Positions 26,371 through 38,744 of a stretch of DNA of 64,000 bases are shown piece by piece (within the stretch, counting starts at the first letter, position 1; each line of letters begins with the position of its first letter). The position numbers and the translations under genes are program-made. The notes below the pieces were generated by a model. The model was not told where the DNA came from. It did no database searches and was given only the letters and a program-made list of their open reading frames with translations. Source of the stretch: an uncultured delta proteobacterium (GTDB lineage Bacteria > Myxococcota_A > Polyangia > Fen-1088); NCBI GenBank assembly GCA_963767925.1, contig CAVYGB010000008.1, positions 192,001-256,000 of the forward strand. Reading direction: 5' to 3'.

Positions 26371-27042
26371 TTGCGCGAGTACGTGGAAAAATTGCAGCGC
26401 TCGCCCGCGGCCGCAGACCAGCAGGCGCTGCTCGACCGCATCATCTCCCAGCCCGCCCTGCACGCCCGGATGGTGAACACCTTCGCCCGCCTGGAGTACG
26501 TGGGGGTGCGCAAGATCCTGAAGAGCCGCCGCTCCGAGAGGCTCGACCTCGATGGCCTGCAGCACATGCTCGACGAGACCATCCACGCCATGCGCCTCAA
26601 GAAGGGGGCCCTGGCCCTGGCCCGGGAGCCGTCCGAGGTGGCGACCTTCTCCGGCGCCGATACCCTGGCGGGCGACGCCGGCGAGGACTACCTGCAGGAG
26701 GTCGATCGCGCGGCCGAGGCCGTGCTGGCCGAGCTGCCCGACCCGGAGCGGGCCGAGGTGAACTACGTCCTCACCAGCGCCGCGATCGAGATCCGGGCCC
26801 AGGCCTTTTACCCGATGTACGAGGCCCGGCTGCGGGCCGCCGGATCGTCCCTCTCGGTGGCGGCCATCGTGCGCGACGAGGACCGCCACCTGGCCGAGAT
26901 GGCCGAGCGGCTCGAGGTTGTGCTCCCCGACTGGCGGGCCCGCCTCTCCCCCGTGCTCGACCGGGAGGCCGCCGCCTTCGGCCGGTTCTTCCAGGCCGTC
27001 GCCCAGGCCGTCGAAGCGCGATCCGGCGCGGACCCCTCCTGA
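26371..27042 (+). CDS. Ferritin-like (diiron four-helix) protein of unknown function
   Basis: E(LEY)...DETIH...E(IEI)...DEDRH, i.e. a paired E/ExxH pattern; TTG start uncertain. Confidence 0.7.
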   Translation: MREYVEKLQRSPAAADQQALLDRIISQPALHARMVNTFARLEYVGVRKILKSRRSERLDLDGLQHMLDETIHAMRLKKGALALAREPSEVATFSGADTLAGDAGEDYLQEVDRAAEAVLAELPDPERAEVNYVLTSAAIEIRAQAFYPMYEARLRAAGSSLSVAAIVRDEDRHLAEMAERLEVVLPDWRARLSPVLDREAAAFGRFFQAVAQAVEARSGADPS

Positions 27043-27072
27043 GGGGCGGCTCCGCCTGGCCGCGTCCCCCCG

Positions 27073-28206
27073 TCAGCGGAGGGCCACGCCTTCGCGGGTG
27101 GGGCCGCCGAGGACCACCTTCACGATGCGGTGGTTCTCGCTGTCCGACAGGAGCAGGTCTCCGTTCTTCTCGACGTAGACGCCGTGGGGCCGGGCCAGCT
27201 CGAGCTTCTCGGGCGGGCCACCCAGGCCACCGCCGCCCCGCTGGCCGGTCCCGGCCACCAGGGTGATGCGCCCGTCACCGGGGGCGTAGCGGCGGATGTT
27301 GTGGTTCTCGGTGTCGACGATCAGCACGCTGTCGTCCCGATCCACCGTGAGGTGTTTGGGGCCGTTGAGGAGCGCCTTGCGCGCGTCGCCCCCGTCGCCC
27401 GCGTTGCCCTTCTCGCCGGTGCCGGCCACCGTCCGGATCTTCCCGTCGGTCCCCACCACCCGCAGGGCGTGGCCGCCCCGCTCGAGGATGTAGAGCTGTC
27501 CCTGCGAGTCGACGGCGATGGCCCGGGGGTCGACGAGAGGGGCCTGCAGGGCGTCGGCCCCGTCGGCGGGGACCCCCTTTTCACCGTTGCCCGCCACCGT
27601 GCTCACGACACCGGTGGTGAGGTCGACCGCCCGCACCCGCCGGTTGTCGAGGTCGATGGCGTAGAGGCGCTTGCCGGCGCGGTCGAAGTCGATGCAGTAG
27701 ATGCCGCCGAAGTGGGCCGCGCTGGCCGGGCCACCGTCGCCGCCGAAGGCCTTCTGTCCGGTGCCCACGACGCTGCTGATCACCCCCGTGTCGGGGTCCA
27801 GCGTCCGCACCCGGTTGTTCCAGGTGTCGGCGATGTACAGGAGGCGCCCGTCGGAGGGGACGGCGATGTGGTGGGGGCCGTTCAGCTTGGCCTGGATGCC
27901 GGGGCCGCCGTCGCCGCCATCCCCCTTCGAGCCCTCGCCGGCCACCGTGGTGAGGATGCCGCTGGGGTCGACCTTGCGCACGCGGTTGCCACCCATCTCG
28001 ACGATGTACAGATTGCCTCGGCCATCCCGCGCGACCCCGAAGGGCTCGTTCAGGCGAGCCTGCGTCGCGGGTGTCCCGTCTTCACCGCTGCCTCCGCCGG
28101 CCACCAGGGCAGTGGTCACGCCGGCTGCGGCAGCGGGGGGACGCTGGCCGTGTGCGCAGGCCAGGAAGAGAGAAAACGCCGGGAAAAACAGCAGGAGGTT
28201 TTTCAT
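27073..28206 (-). CDS. NHL-repeat lipoprotein
   Basis: Lipobox FLAC; repeats TVAG.G..G..GDGGP..A.LNGP; LYIADTWNNRVR. Confidence 0.9.
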   Translation of the reverse strand: MKNLLLFFPAFSLFLACAHGQRPPAAAAGVTTALVAGGGSGEDGTPATQARLNEPFGVARDGRGNLYIVEMGGNRVRKVDPSGILTTVAGEGSKGDGGDGGPGIQAKLNGPHHIAVPSDGRLLYIADTWNNRVRTLDPDTGVISSVVGTGQKAFGGDGGPASAAHFGGIYCIDFDRAGKRLYAIDLDNRRVRAVDLTTGVVSTVAGNGEKGVPADGADALQAPLVDPRAIAVDSQGQLYILERGGHALRVVGTDGKIRTVAGTGEKGNAGDGGDARKALLNGPKHLTVDRDDSVLIVDTENHNIRRYAPGDGRITLVAGTGQRGGGGLGGPPEKLELARPHGVYVEKNGDLLLSDSENHRIVKVVLGGPTREGVALR

Positions 28207-28280
28207 TGGGCGTACCTTACACCGGACTGGTCGGGACCAGAATCCTCCCCGAAACACGTCGCGCTATAGTCGAGCGGGCC

Positions 28281-31127
28281 ATGTCTCGCTCGCCGCTCCT
28301 GCTCGTCGTGGCCCTCGTACTCGGCGCCTGCGCCAGCCGCCCGCCTGCCGCCGCCGGGGCCGCAGCGGCCGCGATCGCCGCGGGTGGCCCGGCCGCGGAC
28401 GAGGCCCCCTTGCCGGTGGACCCCGCCGTCCGGGTGGGAACGTTTCCCAACGGTCTTCGCTACTACATCCGTCGCAACGAGGAGCCCCGCCAGCGCGCCT
28501 CCTTGCGCCTGGTGGTCAACGCCGGATCGGTCCTGGAGGAGGACGCCGAGCAGGGGTTCGCCCACTTCGTCGAGCACATGGCCTTCAACGGGACCCGCCT
28601 GCTGCCCAAACACGAGATCGTCGCCTTCATCGAGAGCGTGGGCATGCGCTTCGGCCAGGACGCCAACGCCAGCACGTCGTTCGACGAGACCATCTACATG
28701 TTCGAGATCCCCACCGAAGACGCGGCGGTGGTGGCCCGGGCCTTCCTCGTGCTCGCCCAGATCGCCAGCGACGTCAGCTTCGAGCCCGAGGAGGTCGACC
28801 GGGAGCGGGGGGTCATCATCGAGGAGTGGCGGCTGGGCCGCGGCGCCGCCACCCGCGTGCTGGAGAAGGTGTTGCCCACCATCTTCCGCGGCTCCCGTTA
28901 CGCCGAGCGGATCCCCATCGGCCGCAAGGAGATCCTCGAGCGGGCCACCGCCGAGGGGCTGCGCGGGTTCTACCGGCGCTGGTATCGGCCCGACCTGATG
29001 GCGGTCATCGCCGTGGGCGACCTCGATCCGAAGGCGGTCCTCGGGAACCTGGAGCGCACCTTCGCCCCGCTACCCCGCTCGCCCGCCGCGGGAGAGCGGC
29101 CCCGGTTTCCCGTCCCCGACCACGAGGAGACCCTCGTCGCCGTGGGCAAGGACCGGGAGCTGCCCGGCACCTCGGTGGGTGTCCTCTACAAGATGCCCCG
29201 GCGGGTGGTGGCCAGCGAGCGCCAGTACCGGCGGCACGTGGTGGAGGCGATGTACCACCGGATGATCAACGCCCGCCTGGAGGAGCAGACCCGCAGCGCC
29301 GACCCCCCCTTCCTGTTCGCCGCCTCGGTCACCCAGCCGTTCGTGCAGGCGATCGACGTCTTCTTGCAGGCGGCGGTGGTCAAGCAGGACGGGATCGATC
29401 GGGGGCTGCTGGCGCTGACCCGCGAGACCGAGCGCATCGACCGCCAGGGCTTCCAGGCCAGCGAGCTCGAGCGGGAGAAGCTGGAGCTCCTGAGCGAGCT
29501 CGAGCGGGCGGTCAAGGAGAAGGACAAGGTCCCCTCGGCCACCCTGGCCGAGGAGATGATCCGCCACTACCTGCGGCAAGAGGGCATGCCCGGCATCGAG
29601 CGGGAGCTGTCCCTCACCCGGGCCTTCTTGCCCACCGTGACCCTCGCGGAGATGAACCGGGTGGCCTCCGAATGGATCGCCGAGCGCAACCGGGTGATCC
29701 TGGTGCAGGCGCCCGAGGACGCCCCGGTGCCGCCGGACAGGGAGCTGCGGGCCCTGTTCGAGAAGGTGCAGAAGGAGGAGGTCGCCCCCTACGTCGACAA
29801 GGTGGCGGAGGGACCGCTGGTGGAGGCGTTGCCGCCCCCGGGACCGGTGCGGCAGGAGCGGCAGCTCCCGGAGGTGGGCCTGACCGAATGGCGCCTGGCC
29901 AACGGCGTGCGGGTCGTGGTCAAGCCCACGGACTTCCGCAACGACCAGATCCTGGTGCGGGCCCTCAGCCCGGGCGGCCACTCGCGGGTGCCGGCGCGAG
30001 ACTATCCCTCCGCCCTCTACGCCGCCGACCTGGTCGGGGCCAGCGGGGTCGGCCGCTTCGGGCCGACCGAGCTGCGGAAGGCCCTGGCGGGGAAGGCGGT
30101 GTCGGTCGGCCCCTTCATCGACGAGCTGGAGGAGGGGGTGATCGGCCAGGCCTCCCCCGACGACCTCGAGACCCTGCTGCAGCTCATCCACCTCTACCTG
30201 ACCGCCCCCCGCAAGGACCCGGAGGTCTTCGCGGCGGCGCGCGAGCAACTCCGCGAGCAGCTCAGCCGCCGGGGCGCCGACCCCGAGACGGTGTTCGGAG
30301 ACCGCTGGCAGGTCGAGCTCTACCGCAACCACCCGCGCCGCCGGCCCCCCGATCCGGCGATGCTCGCGAAGCTCTCGCTCGACAAGGCCCTGCGCATCTA
30401 CAAGGAGCGGTTCGCCGACGCGGGGGACTTCACCTTCGTATTCGTGGGGCGGGTCGACCCCCAGGCCCTCCGCCCGCTGGTCGAGCGCTACCTGGGCTCG
30501 TTGCCCGGCCGGGGTCGCAAGGAGACCTGGCGCGACGTGGGCGCCCGCCCCCTCTCCGGCGAGCGCCGCTTCGAGGTGGCGGTCGGGGTGGAGCCGCGGA
30601 GCACCGTCGCCCAGGCCTTCACCGGCCCCCAGGCCTTCAGCCGGGAGCAGGAGCAGCGGCTGGACACCGTGACCGAGGCCCTGGCCATGCGGTTGCGCGA
30701 GATCCTGCGGGAGGAGCTGGGCGGCACCTACGGCGTGGACGTGGAAGGGGCGATCGAGCGCCGGCCGGTGCCCTACTTTCTCACCGACGTGCGCTTCGCC
30801 TGCGCGCCCGAGAACGTCGCGCGCATGGTGAAGGCCGTCCACGACGAGATAGCCAATGTCCAGGAGCGCGGGTTCTCCGAGGACCTGATCGCCCGGGTGA
30901 AGCTGGCCCAGCGCCGGGCCCTGGAGGTGGCCACCCGCAACAATGGGTACTGGCTTTCCCGCCTCTCCGAGCACTATCGCTTCGGGACCGACCCCCGCCT
31001 CATCCTGGCCGAGCCGCAGCTCATCGACGGGGTGGACGCGGCGGCGGCGCGCGCCGCGGCCCGGATCTACTTCAAGGGTCGTGGCCGGTTGCTCGGCATC
31101 CTCGAGCCGGCCGCCGCGACGCCGTGA
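28281..31127 (+). CDS. M16 family zinc protease (PqqL-like), lipoprotein
   Basis: Lipobox VLGAC; HFVEH inverted zinc motif, NASTSFDETIY, ERGVIIEEWR; second half LANGVRVVVKPTDF. Confidence 0.93.
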   Translation: MSRSPLLLVVALVLGACASRPPAAAGAAAAAIAAGGPAADEAPLPVDPAVRVGTFPNGLRYYIRRNEEPRQRASLRLVVNAGSVLEEDAEQGFAHFVEHMAFNGTRLLPKHEIVAFIESVGMRFGQDANASTSFDETIYMFEIPTEDAAVVARAFLVLAQIASDVSFEPEEVDRERGVIIEEWRLGRGAATRVLEKVLPTIFRGSRYAERIPIGRKEILERATAEGLRGFYRRWYRPDLMAVIAVGDLDPKAVLGNLERTFAPLPRSPAAGERPRFPVPDHEETLVAVGKDRELPGTSVGVLYKMPRRVVASERQYRRHVVEAMYHRMINARLEEQTRSADPPFLFAASVTQPFVQAIDVFLQAAVVKQDGIDRGLLALTRETERIDRQGFQASELEREKLELLSELERAVKEKDKVPSATLAEEMIRHYLRQEGMPGIERELSLTRAFLPTVTLAEMNRVASEWIAERNRVILVQAPEDAPVPPDRELRALFEKVQKEEVAPYVDKVAEGPLVEALPPPGPVRQERQLPEVGLTEWRLANGVRVVVKPTDFRNDQILVRALSPGGHSRVPARDYPSALYAADLVGASGVGRFGPTELRKALAGKAVSVGPFIDELEEGVIGQASPDDLETLLQLIHLYLTAPRKDPEVFAAAREQLREQLSRRGADPETVFGDRWQVELYRNHPRRRPPDPAMLAKLSLDKALRIYKERFADAGDFTFVFVGRVDPQALRPLVERYLGSLPGRGRKETWRDVGARPLSGERRFEVAVGVEPRSTVAQAFTGPQAFSREQEQRLDTVTEALAMRLREILREELGGTYGVDVEGAIERRPVPYFLTDVRFACAPENVARMVKAVHDEIANVQERGFSEDLIARVKLAQRRALEVATRNNGYWLSRLSEHYRFGTDPRLILAEPQLIDGVDAAAARAAARIYFKGRGRLLGILEPAAATP

Positions 31128-31189
31128 CCGCCGGCTGCGACACCCGCGTCCAAGGGGCGTCTCTTGCATAAGGAGCAGAGAGCGACTTC

Positions 31190-31831
31190 ATGGAGGTGCT
31201 CGTGCTCACTACAGCGCATGCGTCCGTCAGGGAAAACAGTGGTCCGAGTTCTATAACACACCCCGCCGCGGGAGCGGCCTGGGGCGACGTCCTCGTCGCC
31301 GACGACGATTCCATCTGCCTGCAGCAGATCCGAGAGCTCCTCACGCCCGCGGGCTGGCGGGTCCGGGTGGCGCGCGACGGCGCGCAGTGGCTGGCGGCGA
31401 TCCGGGAGAACGCCTTCGATCTCGTCATCTTCGAGCCGAACCTGCCCGGCCGGCTCTGGTATTCGTCCATCCACGACGTGCGCAGCCACCTGGGCCGGGC
31501 CCGGCTGATCATCACGACCGCCTTCCCCTCGCGGGCGCTGACCCGGGAGGCCCGGGCCCTGCAGGCCGAGGCCGTGCTGACCAAGCCGTTCCGCATCGAG
31601 CGCCTGGCCGCCACCTTGCGGACGCCCGGGTCGGACCCCGCCGCCGCCCTGCCCCCCGAGCGGGATCCCCTGCCCGACGGGCGGACCCCCTCGCTGGCCC
31701 GGCTCGAGTGGGAATACATCAACCACATCCTCCGGCGCTGCGACGGCAACGTCAGCGAGGCCTCCCGGCACCTGCGGGTGCCCCGGCAGACCCTGTATCG
31801 CAAGTTCCGCAAGCACCCCCCGCCCTCCTAG
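31190..31831 (+). CDS. RegA/PrrA/ActR-like response regulator (atypical REC plus Fis-type HTH)
   Basis: SLARLEWEYI...GNVSEASRHL...RQTLYRK; the receiver reads DLVIFEPNLP, with Glu at the phospho-site. Start uncertain. Confidence 0.85.
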   Translation: MEVLVLTTAHASVRENSGPSSITHPAAGAAWGDVLVADDDSICLQQIRELLTPAGWRVRVARDGAQWLAAIRENAFDLVIFEPNLPGRLWYSSIHDVRSHLGRARLIITTAFPSRALTREARALQAEAVLTKPFRIERLAATLRTPGSDPAAALPPERDPLPDGRTPSLARLEWEYINHILRRCDGNVSEASRHLRVPRQTLYRKFRKHPPPS

Positions 31832-31861
31832 CTCGGTGCTCCTGGCGGGGACCGGGCGCGG

Positions 31862-33013
31862 TCAGGGCGCCAGGCCGGCGATCCAGCGCGTCACCACCTC
31901 GATGCCGCTGGGGTCGATGACCTCGGTGGCCAGCGACGGCATCTGATCCTTGCTGCCGCGGATCTTCATGCGTTCGAGCAGGCCACTGCGTCCCGGATCG
32001 CCCGGCACCACCCGATCGGTGAGCGTGGGGTGGCGATAGCTCTGCAGCTTGCCACCCACAACGCTCCGGGCGAGCTCGCTCTCGCCGGCGATCTGCTCGC
32101 CGACCCGTAGCCGCAGCACCATCTGCGTGTCCGGCCAGGAGCTGCCGTTCTCGTTGTGGCAGTGCCCGCAGTTGGCGTGCAGGTAGCCGAGCGCCGCCGC
32201 GGTCGGCGCGTCGCCCGGCACCGGGTAGGCGGAGGTTCCGTCCGCGGGCGGCGCGCTCAGGAGCGCCCTCTCGACGAGGCGGGCGAGGGTCAGGCCGGGA
32301 CGGTCCGCCGCGGCGGGCTGCCCGAGCTGGAGGGACGACAGCCCCAGCACCCGGCCCTTGTCGCCGCGGTGGCACGCGCCGCAAACCTTGGCGGCCGGCG
32401 CGTCGTGGGTCGACCCGTGAATGTCCATGGTCCCGTCCACCGCGTAGAACGCGTCGGTCCCCTCCATATTCCAGACGAAGGCGCCCATCCAGTAGTCCTC
32501 CCGGCCGGGACCGTAGCGCTCGACGAGGCGGGTCTCGTAGAGCACGCCCTCGCGCGAGAACTCCTTCCAGAGCTTGGTCCCCACCGGAAATTGCCAGTGG
32601 TCCATCTCGGTGGTGTCGACCCGGGTGCCGGGCGGCAGCCGGATCCAGCGGCGCTTGCTCGTGCCGTCGGACCAGAGCGGGTAGGCTGGCTCGAAGGCCT
32701 CCAGGTCGGGCGCCGGCGCGGCGCCGCCTTCCGCGAAGAACCCGGTCTCCGCCAGACGCTGGTAGGCCGGTCGGGGATAAGGCGCGGGTCCGTCCACCGC
32801 GGCGTCCTGCGGGTCGGGCGCGCGGTCGGTGGCCTCTCGATCGGGCGCAGCGGCGTCCGGCTCGGGTGGCGAGGCGTCGGGATCGAGCGCGCCCGCGTCC
32901 GGAGGTCCGAGCGGCGGCTCCGCTCCGCCGCCGCAGCCCCCGGACAGGGCGAGGGTCGAGAGCAGAGCGGCCGTGCCGATGGCGGTCTGGCGGGCGCTCC
33001 CACGGATCAGCAC
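31862..33013 (-). CDS. Diheme c-type cytochrome lipoprotein (SO2930-like)
   Basis: Lipobox [33 protein letters not shown] and CGHCH; distal QMP. Confidence 0.8.
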   Translation of the reverse strand: MLIRGSARQTAIGTAALLSTLALSGGCGGGAEPPLGPPDAGALDPDASPPEPDAAAPDREATDRAPDPQDAAVDGPAPYPRPAYQRLAETGFFAEGGAAPAPDLEAFEPAYPLWSDGTSKRRWIRLPPGTRVDTTEMDHWQFPVGTKLWKEFSREGVLYETRLVERYGPGREDYWMGAFVWNMEGTDAFYAVDGTMDIHGSTHDAPAAKVCGACHRGDKGRVLGLSSLQLGQPAAADRPGLTLARLVERALLSAPPADGTSAYPVPGDAPTAAALGYLHANCGHCHNENGSSWPDTQMVLRLRVGEQIAGESELARSVVGGKLQSYRHPTLTDRVVPGDPGRSGLLERMKIRGSKDQMPSLATEVIDPSGIEVVTRWIAGLAP

Positions 33014-33032
33014 GGCCTTTCAAGTGTGACGG

Positions 33033-34160
33033 CTATTGCCCGGGAGGAAAGGAGCACACGTCGTTGACCATGTTCGTCGCCGCCGGGATCGACTTCAGGT
33101 AATGCGCGATGTCACGGGCGTCCTGCGCGGTGAGACCGCCGTAGCTCGCCATGGGACCGGCGGGCATCGGCGGGCACAGCCCCTTGTCCATCTTGTCCTT
33201 GCCCTGCTTCAGCGCCTGGACGATGTCGTCGACGCTCCAGCTCCCCAGGCCGGTCACGGTGTCGGGCGTCAGGTTCTTCGAGCGGGAGATGAGGGTCATG
33301 GTGCCGAAGGGGACGGGGAACTCCTCGCCGCCCTGGAAGAACTTCGTCTCGTCGAGGGCGGTCTCGCCGCCCATGACGTGGGGCGTGTGGCACTCCACGC
33401 AGAGCCCCGTCTGCGCGGCCAGGTACCGACCGCGGGCGGCGGCCGCCTGGTTCGGATAGTCGTCGGCCGGCGTGGGGACGTCGCCGAGGGTGATGGCCGG
33501 CGCCGGCACCTCCACGTTGAACGACGCGCCCTTGGGCGGGATGGTGTTGGCCACCGGCGGCAACGTCTTCAAGAACGCCACGATGGCGTCGGCGTCCTCC
33601 GGGTCCATGTTGCCGAACACGTAGTAGGGCATGATCGGATGCAGGGCTACTTCGCCCGTCGCATCCGGGCGCAGCCCCTCCATGAACATCTTCTTGATGT
33701 CCGCATCGGTCCGGTTGCCCAGGCCGGTGGGGTGGGGTGTGAGGTTGCGGGCGTAGATGCAGTCGTTGTTGGGCAGCTTCACGAAACAGGCGGTGTCGCC
33801 CGCCATGTATTTGCTGGCGTCCAGCCTGCCGTCGGCCAGGCGGGGCGTGTGGCACTCGGGACAGGCGATCACGTTCTCCACGAGGTAGCGGCCCCGCTCC
33901 TGCTGCGCGGTCAAGGGAGCGGCGTCGGGCCCGACATCGGCGCTGGCGTCGGGCAGGCGGTCGGCTCCGGGGCCGTCGGGGGCCGGGGCGTCGACCGGGC
34001 GGTCGGCGGTGGTGGTATCGGCTCCGCCCGCCTCGCGGGCATCCGACGTCGCGGCGTCCGCCGGGTCGCCGTCGTCGTCGTCGCAGGCCAGCCCGGGCAG
34101 GCCGAGCGAACACAGGAGCAGAGCGGCGAGCCTCGGGGGATGAGAAGCTCTCATGGTCAT
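33033..34160 (-). CDS. Diheme cytochrome c lipoprotein
   Basis: SD AAGGAGG; lipobox GLAC; two domains RGRYL..CPECHTP and RGRYL..CVECHTP, each with NLTP..TGLG and MP. Confidence 0.9.
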   Translation of the reverse strand: MTMRASHPPRLAALLLCSLGLPGLACDDDDGDPADAATSDAREAGGADTTTADRPVDAPAPDGPGADRLPDASADVGPDAAPLTAQQERGRYLVENVIACPECHTPRLADGRLDASKYMAGDTACFVKLPNNDCIYARNLTPHPTGLGNRTDADIKKMFMEGLRPDATGEVALHPIMPYYVFGNMDPEDADAIVAFLKTLPPVANTIPPKGASFNVEVPAPAITLGDVPTPADDYPNQAAAARGRYLAAQTGLCVECHTPHVMGGETALDETKFFQGGEEFPVPFGTMTLISRSKNLTPDTVTGLGSWSVDDIVQALKQGKDKMDKGLCPPMPAGPMASYGGLTAQDARDIAHYLKSIPAATNMVNDVCSFPPGQ

Positions 34161-34394
34161 CGCGATCCTCCTTCGCACAATCCGTGCAGCCGCAGTACAT
34201 CACGGCGCGCGCGGGCCGAGAAGTCGCCACTGCCCCCGAAGCGGGATCGGCAGGCGGTCGCAGCGGAGACGCCATCCACGCACACAGTGAGACTTTTCCC
34301 TATGCGTGGTGTATCTGGAGTTACAAATACTAGTAAATAAAAGCACCTATACTTCAGGCGTGGGGGGGGAAGATCCGAGGGGATCAGCGGGGAG

Positions 34395-36167
34395 ATGATG
34401 GATCGTCAGGAAGGACCCGAGGGCGACGGAAACCGCCTGCGGCTGGAGCTCCCGGGGCGGGTGCTGCTCATCGACGACAGCCCCATCGTGCTCGAGACGG
34501 TCGGGTCGCTGATGGAGGAGTGGGGGCACACCGTCGTCACCGCCGAGCGGGCGGACCAGGGGCTGGAGGCGCTCGACAAGGCCCCCTTCGACGTGGTGGT
34601 GGCCGACGTCAACATGCCGGGGATGGACGGCCTCGAGCTGCTGGCGGCGGTGCGGGCCCGGTCGACGGACATCCCGGTCGTCATGTTGTCCTCGGCCACC
34701 GAGACCCGCATCGTCTTGCGGGCCATCCACGACGGCGCCTTCGACTACGTCAACAAGGACGACGGCCTCGAGCCGCTGGGCTCGGCCGTGCGCCGGGCCC
34801 TCGACCACGCCCGGCTGGTACAGGAGAACCGGCGCCTGATCGACGAGCAGCGCCGCATGAACCTGTGGCTCGAGAACAAGGTCCGCGAGCGGACCCTCGA
34901 GCTCGAGGAGCTGAACCGGCACCTCAGCGCCGAGCGGAGCGAGCTGGCCCGGGCCCTGGGCGCCCTGCGGGAGACCCAGAGCCAGCTCATCCAGGCCGAG
35001 AAGATGGCCACCATCGGCCTGTTCACCGCCGGCATCGCCCACGAGATCAACAACCCCCTGGCCTTCCTGCTGCCCGACTTCGAGCACCTCGAGCAGTGGG
35101 TCTCCGCCTACCGCAGCGGTCAGGATCCCCAGGAGGTGATGACCTCGGACGACCTCGAGCAGCTCCTCAAGGACTGCCGCCATGGGCTGCAGCGCATCGG
35201 TCGCATCGTCAAGCAGATCAGCGTCTTCGCTCATCAGAGCCCGCACGACCTGGCGAAGGTGGACCTGGCGGCGGTGGTGGGCGTCGTGTTCCGCATGCTG
35301 GACAAGGAGACGCAGCGGATCCGGGCCGGCCTCGGCAGCAAGGTCGCCGAGGCCGTCTCGGTGCGCGGCAACGCCGACCAGCTCCAGCAAGTGCTGTTCA
35401 ACCTCACCCTCAACGCCCTCCAGGGGCTGGATCCCGGGCGCAGCGACAGCACCGTCGAGATCGAGGCGCGGGCCCACGGCGCCGACGTCGTCATCAGCGT
35501 GTCCGACAACGGCCGGGGCATCCCCACCCGCAACCTCGAGCGGGTCTTCGAACCGTTTTTCACGACCAAGCGGGTGGGGGAGGGGACCGGCCTGGGCCTG
35601 TCGATCTGCCGCCGGCTCGTGCAGCGGATGGGCGGCCGCCTCGAGCTGACCAGCCGGGAGGGGGTGGGCACCACCGCCTACCTCGTGCTGCCGGCCTGGG
35701 AAGCGGCCGCCGAGAGCCTGGAGGCCGACCCCCTGGCCGAGGCTCTGGCGCAGGCCCCCGAGGATCCCCACCGCCGGCTGCTGGTGGCGGTCGTCGACGA
35801 CGAGCCCGCCCTGCTGCAGGCCATGCGCCGCATGCTCTCGGACGACCACGAGGTGGTGACCTTCGCCGAGGCGATCGAGGCCAAGGAGTGGCTGCTCTAC
35901 GGCCCCCGGCCCGACCTCGTCCTGTGCGACATCATGATGCCGGTGCTCAGCGGCATCGACCTGTTCAACGAGGTGACGCGCATGCACCCGTCGCTGGCCT
36001 CGCGCTTCGTCCTCGTCACGGGGGCCGCCCAGGGCCCCGAGGTGGACGCGCTGCTCAAGAAGCCGGAGGTCCGCGTCGTGGAGAAGCCCATCGAGCGGCA
36101 GAACCTGCTGGCCCTCTGCCGCGAGGTCGCGGGAGCCAGCGGCCAGCACAACGCCAACGCCGCCTGA
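34395..36167 (+). CDS. Hybrid histidine kinase (REC-HisKA-HATPase-REC)
   Basis: [38 protein letters not shown]. Confidence 0.94.
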   Translation: MMDRQEGPEGDGNRLRLELPGRVLLIDDSPIVLETVGSLMEEWGHTVVTAERADQGLEALDKAPFDVVVADVNMPGMDGLELLAAVRARSTDIPVVMLSSATETRIVLRAIHDGAFDYVNKDDGLEPLGSAVRRALDHARLVQENRRLIDEQRRMNLWLENKVRERTLELEELNRHLSAERSELARALGALRETQSQLIQAEKMATIGLFTAGIAHEINNPLAFLLPDFEHLEQWVSAYRSGQDPQEVMTSDDLEQLLKDCRHGLQRIGRIVKQISVFAHQSPHDLAKVDLAAVVGVVFRMLDKETQRIRAGLGSKVAEAVSVRGNADQLQQVLFNLTLNALQGLDPGRSDSTVEIEARAHGADVVISVSDNGRGIPTRNLERVFEPFFTTKRVGEGTGLGLSICRRLVQRMGGRLELTSREGVGTTAYLVLPAWEAAAESLEADPLAEALAQAPEDPHRRLLVAVVDDEPALLQAMRRMLSDDHEVVTFAEAIEAKEWLLYGPRPDLVLCDIMMPVLSGIDLFNEVTRMHPSLASRFVLVTGAAQGPEVDALLKKPEVRVVEKPIERQNLLALCREVAGASGQHNANAA

Positions 36168-36223
36168 GAGAACCTGCGTTCCCGCTTGACGGGGAGCGCC
36201 GGGTGGATATTGATTTCGCCAGC

Positions 36224-37888
<1,665 letters not shown>

Positions 37889-37895
37889 GCGGGCC

Positions 37896-37951
37896 GGCCA
37901 GGCCAGGCCAGGCAAGGGCAAGGCAAGGCAAGGCAAGGCAAGGCAAGGCAA
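37896..37951. repeat. Pentanucleotide simple sequence repeat (GGCCA)3-GGCAA-G-(GGCAA)7
   Basis: Read directly between the convergent groEL and dioxygenase genes. Confidence 0.92.
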
Positions 37952-37967
37952 CGACCGGCCGGCCCCA

Positions 37968-38744
37968 CTAGAGGGCCGGCCACTCCAGCCAGGGATCGAG
38001 CAGGGGGCGGGTGCCCAGGGTGTCGTGGTCCACGTGAAAGAGGCGGAAGAAGACGGCGTAGCGGACGTGCGGTCCCAGGTTGGGGGCGATGCCGTGGGCG
38101 AGCTGGTAGTGGGCCAGGATGGCGTCGCCGGCGCGGGCCTGGATCGGCCGGGGCGCCGGCAGCGGCAGGTCCGGATAGCGGTCGACGACCGCGGCGGGTC
38201 CTTCGCGCCGGAGGTGCTCGGCCAGGATGTTGTGTGAGCCGGGCCAGACCGTGAGGTTGCCCCGGTCGGGTTCGGTGACGTCGCTCAGGAACACGCCGGC
38301 CAGCGCGGTGAAGTGGTAGAGGGTCCCGGGAGGGACGCCGTTGCCCGGTGTCGAGATGCCATCGATGTGGGGGACGGCGGGGCTGCCGGGCGCGGCGCCC
38401 GGGAAGCGCAGGGCGATCTGTCCTTCGCTGGGCGGCCTGACCTTGCCCGCGCCGATCGCCGCCTCGGCCACCGCCCGGAGCGGGCTGCGCCCGAAGAGTT
38501 CGAGGATCACCGGCGCCGTCCGCAGCTCGGGCGTGAAGGTGCGGGCGCGAAAGCCGGGGAGCTGATCCTTGGCCATGCCCTCGGTGCCGAGCGAGTGGTT
38601 GACCGCCCGCAGGGCGGCGTCGATCTGTGCCGGGGGGATCAGCCCGGGCAGCATCAGGTACCCTTCGTCGCGCAGGGCGCGCCGCTGATCGGCGTCGAGG
38701 ACGACCGCTCGTGACTCCGTCATCCCGCCAGGATAAGCAGCCAT
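37968..38744 (-). CDS. Phytanoyl-CoA dioxygenase (PhyH)-family Fe(II)/2-oxoglutarate oxygenase
   Basis: LRDEGYL, PHIDG (HxD), GNLTVWPGSH, AGDAILAHYQLAH. Start at 38744 (TGATG overlap) or 38723. Confidence 0.85.
   Translation of the reverse strand: MAAYPGGMTESRAVVLDADQRRALRDEGYLMLPGLIPPAQIDAALRAVNHSLGTEGMAKDQLPGFRARTFTPELRTAPVILELFGRSPLRAVAEAAIGAGKVRPPSEGQIALRFPGAAPGSPAVPHIDGISTPGNGVPPGTLYHFTALAGVFLSDVTEPDRGNLTVWPGSHNILAEHLRREGPAAVVDRYPDLPLPAPRPIQARAGDAILAHYQLAHGIAPNLGPHVRYAVFFRLFHVDHDTLGTRPLLDPWLEWPAL

Noticed and set aside
34520..36223. 1122-aa GroEL with a long N-terminal extension
   Set aside because: The extension is a shadow frame over the hybrid kinase; GroEL homology starts at ATG 36224.
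37896..37951. CRISPR array (also considered for 59111-59220)
   Set aside because: No unique spacers, wrong unit size or number, and no cas genes.
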